DNA of 64,000 nt, taken from Balanoglossus misakiensis (lineage: Eukaryota; Animalia; Hemichordata). The stretch's first letter is position 1; the number at the start of each line of letters is the position of its first letter. The DNA is taken from contig CM082581.2 in NCBI GenBank assembly GCA_040954595.2, positions 11,096,286 to 11,160,285 of the forward strand, written 5' to 3'. The position numbers and the translations under genes were made by a program. A model generated the notes under the pieces. It had not been told where the DNA came from. It ran no database searches and worked only from the letters and a program-made list of their open reading frames with translations. Below, piece after piece: positions 26,733 to 39,400 of the stretch.

Positions 26733-27467
26733 CTAAATCGACCTCTTTTTTCCCGTCGAGGTGCGGGTGGATTTAAGGAGCTTCATGCTGGGCTGTTCGT
26801 CTCCTTTACCGAGTGGGCAGTACTTGATGGTGTGCGCGTTTTCGCCGTTGGCACCACAAATGGGACAGGTATATGCACGGAGAATTGGGCACGTCACCTT
26901 CCCATCACTGTCTTTCAGCGCGTGGGTCGCGTACACGGACTCGCTTTCCCCGTTGTTCCTACAGAACACGCAGACTTGCTGGCCGGGTTTCTTTCGATTC
27001 TGCTTTCCCCTGCGGTTGAGTCCGACACTCCTGCAACTCTGGCCGAGGTCCAGAGGGCTCGAGATGCGCGGAACTTGAAAATCTGAGAACCCCAGTGATG
27101 TAAAGTCGAAATCACGGTCTGTACCATTCAGTGAGAAATCGCTGGACACACTGGACCCGCTGCTGCCCATGCTGTCAAACCGCTCTCTGGTTATGGGAGA
27201 GAAGAACAGCTTGTCGACGTCGAAGTCGTCGTCGGCCAGCGGGTCTTCCAAATTCCAAACTCGCGCCGCCTCCCTCGCATTGGTAACAATTTTCGCAAGA
27301 CCGAAGTAGTCCTCAAAGGGTCGAAACTCCGGACGGGGCCGCATCATCAACGCGTGCGACTTGTGATGCAGTTGAGGCAACGACAATTCATCGTCCACGC
27401 TGAACAACGAGTCTCCTTCCTCCGAATCGCTGTCGAATAAATAACTCGGCATCATTGCTTTCAACAT
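26733..27467 (-). CDS. nanos: Nanos homolog (translational repressor, tandem CCHC zinc fingers), single coding exon, 244 aa
   Basis: Uninterrupted ORF with the nanos zinc-finger domain [53 protein letters not shown], an N-terminal NOT1-interacting motif [14 protein letters not shown] and a basic tail TRTSTGKKR. Confidence 0.97.
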   Translation of the reverse strand: MLKAMMPSYLFDSDSEEGDSLFSVDDELSLPQLHHKSHALMMRPRPEFRPFEDYFGLAKIVTNAREAARVWNLEDPLADDDFDVDKLFFSPITRERFDSMGSSGSSVSSDFSLNGTDRDFDFTSLGFSDFQVPRISSPLDLGQSCRSVGLNRRGKQNRKKPGQQVCVFCRNNGESESVYATHALKDSDGKVTCPILRAYTCPICGANGENAHTIKYCPLGKGDEQPSMKLLKSTRTSTGKKRSI

Positions 27468-27599
27468 ATCTGCTGGCAGGAATACTATAAGAAGATTGTA
27501 AACAATCCTGCAAAGGCACTGGCCAGCTTAGCGTAGCTATCCACGTTTCTCAAGTCTCTTTACTACGCGCAGGTCGTTCAACGTGCTTCCTTCGACACC

Positions 27600-27870
27600 A
27601 GGTAGTGAGTAATAACTGAACGTTCACTGGGAGTTCTGAATAAACACCAAAACATAATTTATGCAAATAAGTGGGCGTGTTGGACCTACGGGTCGGCACA
27701 TGCGTAGTGTCCCATGTCAGAGGTATATGTTATTGACCTGTCAAAAACTATGCTAATAAGCCAGCTGGGCGACCTGATGTTATCAAGTATATGTAAATAA
27801 CACCAGACTTGGTGTCGCCCTTGTAGACAGTAGTGTCGCGCTAATCAGCCAATCAGCTGGAATTAGAAAG
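27600..27870 (-). promoter_or_regulatory. Probable nanos proximal promoter
   Basis: Within 130-400 bp upstream of the ATG: octamer ATGCAAAT (27661-27668), Sp/KLF GC box GTGGGCGTG (27671-27679), NRF1-like GCACATGCG (about 27696-27704), octamer variant ATGCTAAT (about 27750) and CCAAT box AGCCAATCAG (about 27847-27856). Confidence 0.5.
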
Positions 27871-30468
27871 ACACTCTTGATTATAAATTTCACTTTCAGA
27901 CGGTATCAGTTACTGAGTCTTTTTGTTTCAGCGTGTGGGAAAGCGACCCCAAGTGTTGCAAATTGTGGGGAAAATATTTTATCGATGAAAGCGACGTCTG
28001 TTGCACGTGCCCGACGAGCTTTTGCATAGGTACAAATTTTCCTCCTATTTTCTAAAGCATCCCCTATCTTTAAGCGCACCAGTTTCATTTCGCAAATTCG
28101 CCACAAAAATAATAAACTTAGTTACATTTCAACGTGAATGGGACATTTTATTACGCAGTTTAGATATTATGCGTCGGCCAAATGAAATAAACAAACATCT
28201 CTGCAATTAACACCAGTGATCTATTTCAGACTGTTATCTGTTATCAAACCCATTAAATCGTAATCGTAAACAGCGGCTTCCTTTAGTTGAAAGAAACCGA
28301 CTATGGACTTTATAGCAGGGATGAACGACTGGCGTTCACACGTGATTTTGCAACACCCACTGCTCTCAAAACCACTTTATACGTGTGTACTCTTTGACCG
28401 TGCACACAATTACAAGCGCGTACAACCCTCATCACCTGTGGGCAATCGTCATCATCGTGCGTGTATCGTCTTCAACTCGCACGCCGCTGTCCGTGGGCAC
28501 ACGCAGATTGTCCGTGTCTGGCCGTTGTGTATCACACAAGTGGCGTATAACTTTACTGGCTTGCCTACATACACCATAGATGCACTACTATGTATATCGA
28601 ATACCTATTTTTTGGCGAAATTTATTTAATTATTTATTTACACACTCACACAGTCATTCATTTAAATCATGAAGCAACTGTTTTTTCCCAAAGGACGTAC
28701 AGGTAGATTTTAGTATACGTTCAAAAATTAATGGTATAAAAATTGTACTTTCAACATCAAGTTCAGCTTTCAAAAAACTACGCACCCCTAAAAACAGTAG
28801 GAGTCGGGGATAAGCTAAGTTTACGCATAGAGTACATGGTAGGCTCGCCACTATCTCCATCAGCTCACACGCAAGGTCTCTTTGCGACATATAAAAGTGC
28901 AAGTGTTCACCACAATGAAAGTTGAAACTCATTCACTATTGCCACGTTCTGTCGTGTGAGGGCGCACGCTCACTGGTAGCGCGTAATACGGGATTCCACG
29001 ACTTTACGAGTTCACTCCACACACAAGTTTTGCTGTGTTTAATTATTTATGACATAATTAGGCCAATAGATCAGAGGCCAGTCTAATACTCCTCCAAAGA
29101 AAGTGGCCTAGTGATCATATTGGATCAAACTGCAACACAATTTTACACGCACATGTTTATCCTATCATAGTACACTGTTATTATTCATTCGCATGCCCAG
29201 GATTATTACCGCGATAAAAAAACTAACATTTTATCTAAACAAAACACTTGATTTCAAAGCCTTCCTTACGACCAACATCTTTTGAGATGCTGTGTATAGA
29301 TTGTTCAAATTATTTACGAGTTTGACCCAGTGAGTTGTATGACTCGTCTACTTTATACCGATAACCTGTGGTCACTCGCTGTCGCGACTTAATAGTCGCT
29401 CGTTTCATGCATGTTCAGGTTCTGGATAAAAATCTCTTGTAGGACTGCAAAGTGCTGTGACAGAAACGTTGAATTATACTGGAAGTCAGACTATAACTAG
29501 TACTATGCGTGTTGTCCTTTTAACAAAGTGATTAAAACCATGGCAACACTCGGGCGTAATTTTTTTAATTACAGGCTTAACGCGCGCGCACTATATCTTA
29601 TTGTAAACTGTTCAATTCATATTCTTTGTCTTTTCCGGGTGATTGAGACCTTGAATAATTAGGTGTACTGAATTCCCATACAGGCCTATTATAAAGGCGA
29701 TTTTGGTGGACCGGACAATACAATGGCTATTTTGCGTACATCTACATCATGCAGGCTGATGCATATTCACTGCTTCTTCGCACTTTTTAACCCATCCAAC
29801 TTTTTGACGGGGAACTGAACGAAGCGAATTGCTTTATCCGGTGATTCGTTTATGTTGATACTAGTAAAACAAAATGTTATAGAAACGACACAACTCAAAC
29901 AAGTTGATGTTATAGCACGGTCACTACGGTTTCTTTTTAGGTCTAGGCCTAATTGTTTGTGTGCGCAATTTTCTTTACTTATTTGTAAAATAGACCTACA
30001 TACGTCGGCGTACTTTAACACTGTTTGTTTGCTTTTAATACACTGCCCGTGACCAAGGAAATAAACCAGAATGTTGAAAAGAAACTTTTCCTGTTGGTTC
30101 CTAGATTAATATTCGTACCGTCATAAGTTTATTTGAACTCGGACAAGTAGCAGAAGTTAAATACATCGCAACTCGCCGTTTGGAAGTGTCTCGGTTCTAA
30201 TAAAACTTCACCACGTAACGTAGACATTGTATGATTGTAATTTGTCTGTAAATGAAATCACGACTAAGGTGTACATAAACACAGTCGCTAGGGGATTGGG
30301 TCGTAGATACACGGCGATCGCGATAAACGTGCGGATCGCTTTATGCTGGATCGTTAAGTCAAGGTATGTAAGAGGTCTAGCTTGACTTTACACAATAGAT
30401 AAAACTTTTAGCCTCGTTTAGATATCTGACGCTGTGCATTGTGGGGACGAGCAGTAACTTAATACACG

Positions 30469-33400
30469 ATGGCGTCCTCTCAAGGCCGAATCCAAATGTG
30501 GGAGAAAAAATATCAGAAAGCTGAAGACGATTTGGGAAAATTGAAGACGACTGCGATCAAAGGTATGATTAATCGTAATTTTGTGCCAAGATGATATTTG
30601 CTTGGTACTTCGATCGTTTTATTTTGATGAAAATAAAAAAATTGACCGGGTACATTACTTCCTGGTTTTAATAGTTACATTATATGTACAGGGTTAAACG
30701 TATAGGGTCAACCTATTTTGCACTTAAAAACGGTCCATTATATTGAGAAATCGAATGGTCTTCCCAGCTTCTGCCAAACAAGTTTTTAAAATAGACCAGT
30801 TGTTGAGAAACTTGAACGGATTCGTTAAAGCCAGCAAAGCCGAAATTTAGAGACTTCGTTTAAGCGCTATTTTTGGGAATGCGGAAGTTAAAATACTTCT
30901 CAAAATAACAGCACCGCGCGTTACCCACAATCAAGTATCGTCACCACAACACTAATTGGGGCTGTTGTTGTTGTTTTCATTTTCTTTTGGACGGACAATT
31001 CAGTCAAGTATTCCTTCACTTCGTGACTTTTCCCATAATGATTGTGATATTTCTTATCACAGTCACGCATTGTGGAAAATTCAACAAGTGTACTTTAAGC
31101 TAGATTTAAATCAATTTGCCCAAATGAATGGTTATCGTAATTCCTCTATCTTTATTTTGATTTCTATCAGCGGAATGACGTCCATTTTAATAACCTTTGT
31201 TCCCATTGCCTGTTAAGGTAGTCAGATTTCCAGGTACGATATGTACATGTACTTAGATTATAGGGATTGTTAAGGAAATGAACTTGTATTATTGAAAAAT
31301 GTTGTTAAAACCTTTTGAGAAGAGATATTTCATGTACTCATAGTGGACATACCGGGTACTGAGTAATTTATTGCTATCTCTATTTTTCACTCCAATCCAA
31401 CATTGTAGTTTTACTCCCTTTTGAGATATCCCCTTTTTCATATCAATACTAGTAATGTCAGTAAGCCATAAACATACAGCTTGTCAATAGTTAACAGCTT
31501 TGATACACTAATCCAAGTTTCAGTTCTTGAGAATAAAGCAATATTTACATTTACAGTGGTTACTTTATAAGCCTAAAGGCAACCTTGTTTTGAATCCTAT
31601 TGTTGAAGTACTGATTTAGTGACATGGGGGATATTTCTTATATTTGTCAGTTTCTATCATGAAGTGATACCTAGTACCAATATATTATATTTTTGTCATT
31701 TTATTGGGACAATGTCAAGCATCCATTATTGACCTTTCATGCACCTGCTTTGAATAGTGAATGGACAAAAGAATTGACCAATCAGAAACAGCCTTGCAAA
31801 ACTGTTTGAGGACAACACCTCAGAAGACCTATACACTGATTGGTTACAGCATTCATGCAGCTATTGAGGAATGACAAGGAACTGACCAATGAAAAAAAGC
31901 CTTGGAGGGATGAGATTTGCTCTTATGCTGTTATCACCATTAAATTGATGTAACTCATTGTAATGTTTTTCATCATTAGCAATTCAGGATTATGAAGACC
32001 TAGAAAAGAAATATCAGGCCAATCAGGCAAAGCATGAAGAAGTGTTAAAACTCTACAAGAACACTCAAACAGAACTGTCTAAACTTAGCAATGGTAGGTA
32101 CTAATTATATCTCGTAAGTTTGCATAATTTGTACTCAAACAACTTTATGGTGATTTTATATGAAAGTAAAACTTTGAATATGTCTTTCTTTTAGTTGTTA
32201 CTTTTATTTTGGGTTTGTAATATCCGAATCAAAGTTGACTGATGACAATAATACCATGCTTTGTATCTTGCAGTATCTGAAGCTGTTATACATGACTACC
32301 ATGACCTGAAAGTGAATCTTGAAGTTGAACAGGAGTGTAGAAAAGGAGCTGAGACGTACGCATCAAAGGTAAGCATTTTTTTATGTTACAACATGTGAGA
32401 TATCAGTTGTGACATCAAGGAATTAAGTTTTACAGCCAATTTCCAAATAGTTCAAATTTCATTGTGTTGGTTTGATAAGATAAGTGCCTTCTACTACAGT
32501 AAGATACAGTATATGTATAGTGTATACAGTTTTTATGTTTTCTGTCATGACTCTGCAGAGTGCAGACCACATGTTTTTTCCTCTTTTCCTGTTGTAACAG
32601 TTTTCAGGATCAGGACTTCCTTGTTTGCTGTTGTTAGAATGTTACGTAACAGGATTGTAAACTCTGAAAAACTGAATAGCCTGTTTCCTGTTTAGGACAG
32701 AAGTGACACATGGATGTAAGGCAGGAGGGATTGGCACCAAACAGCCTAGCAAGGGAGTCAGTGCTCAAAAATACTGAGCCATAAAAATATACAAATCCAT
32801 TTAGTGAACTGTGCACATTTGTTTTTGTTTGTGTTTGTGTTTAACTGTTTTTGTATCAACAGATGGTCTCATTCCCTGCAAATATTTACCCGAATTGTTT
32901 CCTTAAAGCCTAGACCACTGTCTTTGCTTTTTCTCCCCCCTCCCCTGTAATGTTTTTCAGTATCAGGACTTCCTTGTTTGCTGTGGTTAAAAATGTTATG
33001 TAACATGGATATAAACTCTGAGAACCACTGAATAGCCTTTGATACATGGACATGAGTAGTTGCAGGATCTAGCTGTGTTTAAATTGTCCACTTTGCTTTC
33101 AAAGTTTTGGAAGCAAAGTGGACAAAACAAAGCTAGATACTAAACTAGTTGCTACTTTATATCTCCCAGGAACTTTGGCTACTTGAAGGCAAAATGCACA
33201 CCAAGTTACTTCACAACACTTGGAAAAGTCATCAACGCTTAGTTTTGATAACATCTCAACCACTACACTCACTGACCTAGGTCAACAAATACTGGCACCC
33301 ATGTAATAATAAACCACCAACCATCAAACCTTGCACATCATTTATCAAGGGGGATTTTAGAATATTAATAATATTTAGTGGTAATATGTGTGGACTCTAA

Positions 33401-36400
33401 GAATGCCAAATGGTTGAAGACAAGGTCAAAGCATGTGAAGTGTAGAATGTTCTGGTTTAAGATTCATTGCAATGGCAAGTGTAAGCTTCTGAGGCAGTGT
33501 CTCAAAAAGTGTTCTGTATATGGGGGAAAAGTTTATATGCCAGTTGTCCCAGGAGAAAGATACACGTATAGACACTGACAGCCTGATGAATGATGATAGG
33601 TTGAGGAGATTTTAATGAAGTCAATCTAACACTCAAGGAATTTAGCAGGAAGTGACAAGCAAGACTGATTGATTTATTGTCATGCCAAAGTAAACATGCG
33701 CCTTCCCTGAAAGCCTTGCTAATGAAAACAAAACAAAACTTCCCATTAGACAATCATTAAACATATCAAGTTTTGACTGTATACTGGGCTTGCATATTAA
33801 TGAAAAGCTACTGATGGTAAACCATATCTCAAGTTACTTCTAATGAGTGGTGTGGGGTTCATGTGAAAGGTCACCACTATCTAATAATTTCCTTTCAACT
33901 TTGTAGGCGAATTTTACCGCTGATTGCTAACTGAAATGCTTGGCTGATCTTTCAACAACAAACAAGCTGTGAACAGGAAAGGGAACTTTTCCATGTGAAC
34001 TCCACAAAAATTCCACCTGTCACCATTTGTCAGTTCACTGACACCACAGATAATGATAATGGTACATGGGCTAGTTTCTCCCGCCAAAAGTTTAAACTTA
34101 AAGTTTTGCACTTTTCATAAGCAAAAAGGAGATCACTATTTATGAGCAGGTATCGGCAGATAGTAGAAATGTGTGCCATAAGGACAATTTAAATACAGGT
34201 GCCTGTTGTCTGAGTGATACACCAGGAATACAGTTTTGCCCTTGTTGACATCTTGGGTGTTTAAAGGTTAAGGAGTTGAAAGTATCAGTATATAAATCTT
34301 GAAGTAAAAAGTAGCAACCTGGAGTAGTTTCTTACAGCAGATTGAAGGAGATCAAAGTGAGACCCGGAGATTTCTTGCGCCATTTGATAACATTTGTTGA
34401 TGTAAAATAGGTGATCCTCTTGACTGCATCTTGGTTTTCATTTGTCTGATTTAATAGAATGCAAGTGGGTTGGCCTTTACTCTGTATCTGGTGCTTATTA
34501 GTTTTGACAAGTTCCAGGCACGTGTTCAGACTAATTCCTGACTTACTGCTAATCAGCCTTGTGGGGATTATGAACTGGGGCTGACCAGAAACCTGAACCC
34601 GTGGTATCATGACACCCATAATAGAAAATTAGACTTCTTTATGACTCTTCCTAATTGATGAAAGATACATGTTGATTTAATGAAGGTCAAAACACACTTG
34701 CACATTAATTGAAAAAGAGTTGATGTTTTGCCAGCTAAGGCCGAAAGTTGATATTGGATACAGTAGGTTTATCATCAAGGGACTTTCTTTCCACTGAAGC
34801 AGCATTTAACTACCAGCACACACACACAACACACACACTACCCCTGATCAAACAGACTAGATACTAGACTACCAATCAACATATTCTCTGCACTGTGTGT
34901 AATACGTACAACGCCAATGATGGATGGCTTTTCAAATGTGTGGCCATTCAAATGTAAAACATTTTATTTGGGATGTTCTATTTATAAACAAATACTCATA
35001 CACCTGCAAAACATGTCCCTGTTGCCAAAAATATCAAAATATGGGTCACTTTTTATTGTAATATGAAGACAGATGATTTTATGGCGCAGCGCATTGATCT
35101 GTATGTTAGTCATCGAGCTGTCTGCACTTCTGCCAATTGATTTAGTGTTACAGTTATATTCCAACTAGGTAAATATTCAATGAGAGTGGAAATTTCCTGG
35201 ATTTAGAAAGGTTGATTTGTACGTTTTGAACATTTAGGTGAAGAAAAATATGTGCAAATTCATGGAGGGACTTGCTTATTCAACACACATGATTCGTAGT
35301 GACTAATCTGTCGTCGTATTCAATGTCTATCATAAATTCAGAAATAATATCTGAAGCCATCTGTGCTGTGAAGAAGAAAGATAAGATGCTTCTACCCCTG
35401 CCTCGTCGTTTAGAGTGAAACATGCCTTTGTTATACCAGCCAATCTGAGTGCAGAACTCATTGTCATTCATTAAATTGCCTGCTTTTACACCTGAACCGA
35501 GCATATCATTTTTTTTACACCAAAAGCATACTAATTAAGCTACGTGGCCGAACCATCTTGATGTAAAATGCATCTACTTTTAACGACTTTCCCAAATGAA
35601 GTCAACGATGGAATTTTGTGAATTGATGTAGTGGGGATGCCAACTGGAAGCCATATTGTCGACTGTGTCTACCAGCTTTCTGTTACACCAAGCCGGGTTG
35701 ATGTGTGTATTGTCATGGTAATGCTGACTTATTCTTAAAATTCATCTGGAGCCGAGGTGTAACCCAGTGACCTATGGAAGGTTAGTTGCCATGACAACTG
35801 GTCATCGTTCAGATATCGTTGGGAATTTCCGCGGTGATTTCTATGTGTGATCTGTGGTGAAGGCTGGAAAACTGGAAACTGTCTTAATATTCGTTCCTCT
35901 CGCAACATCTTATTCCCAGCTGATTTTTGAAACAATCATCCGTAACTTGATGATAGGTTTGTTTTATCTGCATCATCACTCCTGAAGTGGCGACCACATC
36001 AATCTGGCAGATATCCTGATTCAGACATGTAGAGTGTGAACAGCCACCATTTCAGTTTCTTTACAAAACAATTACCAGCTGGGGGTTAATAACAGCAATG
36101 TACAAAAGTTGATTTCAGTGAAATTGATGACAATGAGTCAGAGGAAACTGTGAACATCTTACTTTGTCTCTGGTTGTGCAAGAGAGAATGGCTTGCAATG
36201 GAGGAGAAAGTAATCATGTCGTTGGCATGGTAACCAACAAGGTAAGATGTGAACTTCATTTCATCTATCTGTTACAAGTCAATTTCAAATGTAGCCACAC
36301 TTTCATTGTATTGACTTTTTCTGGTCTGTTCAGAGTTGGAGCCGGGCATTCGAGAATACTGGATTAGAATACTGATTTGGATGGGCGATGTGCATTTCGA

Positions 36401-39400
36401 AGTCTGTAGGTGCTGGCGTGGGATTTATGTTGAGCTGAAAGAAATTGCATGTCCTGGAGATTCTATACACTCAGCTGGAAGTTGAGACTTTTTTCAGTCA
36501 CTGAATTTAATTTAACTTTTGGCTATGATTTGGTTAGATGATTCATTGTGTCACCTGTTCTGTGGAAACTGTTTGGAACCGCATGACAAACTGAAAGATT
36601 GATGTGCCATCTGTGGATGTCAGATTAATCAATCATATATTTAACAATACAGTGAATACACATCAGGAATTTTGTTGAATATTTGTCTACCGTTCATATT
36701 GTGAGAAATATGGGCGACATCAGGCAAGTTGTTGTATGACAAATTTATCCATGGAGTGATTACAATATGGTGTTAAATAATATGCGTACTTGAAATTCTC
36801 TCATCTGTGAAACAGTATGTTGGAAATGTTAACAGTTACAAGAAAATGATTTTGACAGTTTTTCTGCTATGTGAGCTGCTTGTACATGTATCATCATTGT
36901 GGAAATTGATGAATATTTGAAGTGAAGCTAGCACAGCAATTGTAGCACAAGAAATGACTGTTTGTGTGTTGACATAACCATTGAAGTACCGTAACAGTGA
37001 AGTTTCCTGTTGGTTAAAAAAGCCAATTACCATTCAGATTTGAATTGAATTTGCACAAGATTGCTCCGAGACCAGGGGGAATTTTAAATCCTCTTTTTTC
37101 ACAATGGCAGAGAGGTCAGACATTTTCACAGCACCTGCGTGTTGCTAGGTATTCTCTGGTGATGAATCTGTCACTTTTACTACAACAGAATAATTATTAA
37201 TAAGGGAACTGAAAGTGTAACTACATCACACCTTGTGATTCAGTGCCTAGGACATGTACAGGTCATCTGAGGTCACACCTGTCCTTTAATAAAAAGGAAT
37301 TTGTGAGTGAATTACACTGGAGAAGACCGGGTGTAATTAAATGGAATAAATCATACAAAGCTTCATTACTGTAGCAGCTTTGTGCACATTAACCAGGAAC
37401 AAACAGCTAGTTCATAGCAGATATAAAAATCTTAAAAGGTATTTCGGTAGAGATTGAATTAAAACAGACGTCTTTATGTGTGGATTTTTAGTTGAATTTT
37501 TATCGCCTGTAATATTCCATTTTATGTTCTCTTTGTTTTTATTTCATTTATCAATCTGTGTTGCCATTACTATGTACTAAATATGTTTGCATTTTGTGGT
37601 CCACTGAAACCCTGTAACAGCATATGGCCTGTTGCCATGGTTGCAAACTCTCAGTATAAGCTGACCAAATCATTTTGGGTTTACTTCCTCCTTAGATGAC
37701 CACATGCTCTAGTGTGGTCAAATGAACACTTGAAAATAGTTCCATAAATTCAGTAGTATTTTTTACTCATTGGCAGGTCAAAGGTCAAAAGTTAAAGGGA
37801 CAATGTGCTGTCTGGAGATAAACAAACAAACCCTTTGAACCCAGGTGTTTATGTGCCAAAACAAACACTTTAGAAAATGTTTTACACAAATACTTGACCT
37901 CATGATTCTAGCCTCAATCCAGATATTTTCCCAGACATACAATATAACAATGTTACGGTTTATTTGTCCAGATAAACCAATGTGCACTTTAAATACTGGC
38001 ATAATAAAGACTCCTTCTGACATAACTTGTTTCACATAGACTGACCTCATACGACCTACATACATATTTCCAGATCGAACCGAAGTAAAGATGAAGGATT
38101 TTTCTTTCCATGAATGTTAAATGTAGATTGACAGTCACTGAGTGTTCATGTGTGAAAATGAATTAATGGAGACATCACTGAGTGGATGAAAGGATATTCT
38201 TGTAACGACACGATCTATGAAAGTTTCTGTAATTTGCATCATGGATAACTGAATTTGTGAAACTCACCTATAATTCAGTAACCATGGAATGACCCAACAC
38301 ATGCATTCATAAATATCTAGCGAAAGATACAGAGTTACATAGGGCACCTTGTTATCAACTCAATTTATGTCAGTAAGAACATTACACCACCATGACAATA
38401 AAAATCGATGAGGCTGTCTACAATGAATCACATCGGAGGACCCATGATTGGTGTGATGTCAGTTCCTGATAAAGTTGTGAAATTTCAGGTCTTTGTTCAT
38501 TTCACCAACTGACAAGTGATTAATGGACAGGTGTTATTGGATATTTATGGTTACTTATAAATTTTGCCGGGCAGTTCGATACTTTCATGGTATCAACTGT
38601 GATTACTGTAGACCAGTTTTATTGTCCTTGTTGACATTTTATGCCTCAGGATCACAGTCAGAGTGCCATGAAGTATTGCCTGTACTAAGTCATTCTGATT
38701 TGTGACACTGGTTAGCACGTACAGAAACTTGGATTTTAAGAGATCTATTCATTCACAAATATTTGTCACTTATAAAGCATTTCCCTCACAGCTATACCTT
38801 GGAACCAGAATAAAGTCACTGAGAATGGTTTGAAGTTCATTAGGTTTTGTCAGGGCAACAGCATCTAGGAAATGTGATTCCTTTCTGATTTACCGTTTCC
38901 CATGTTTTTAGAGTAGGGTCACCGTAATATTGCATTTAGAGTAGTGGGGGTCACTCAAGTACCGTGAGTTGAATTTAAATGGAGATTTGAAACTAGAACC
39001 TTAAACTCAGAAGTGTAAATACATCTAATATTTAGTTTCACCAAACTCTGGCGTTGCATTTCTGTATATTTACTCATATTTATTTTACCGACAATAAATT
39101 ATCAAATCTTTATTTTACTCTATGTGAGGTATACTTGTATCCTCATTATTATTCAACTTCATGATTTCAATGTATTAAGTGAGTGCATATAGACCTTTAA
39201 TGTAGTTGAACTTTAAAAAAAATAATCATGCAGGCAAACCAATTTTACATGAAGGTCTCTTTCTTCTCTGAGACACCAATTAGTGTGTCTGAAAATTGGA
39301 AATTCAATTTCCAATGAGTTTTAGTGTGCACAGCAATAAAACGAAGATTTTATTTTAGCTGGTGGTGTTTTTATGCACATTGGACGCTGAAATATTGTTA

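Noticed and set aside
26652-27086. 144-aa and 105-aa plus-strand ORFs antisense to nanos
   Set aside because: Shadow ORFs of a GC-rich coding strand with no recognisable motif.
30280-30421. Possible non-coding shootin leader exon with donor AAG/GTATGT at 30364 and acceptor at 30421
   Set aside because: The implied intron is only 58 nt, shorter than others in the window, and cannot be supported without transcripts.
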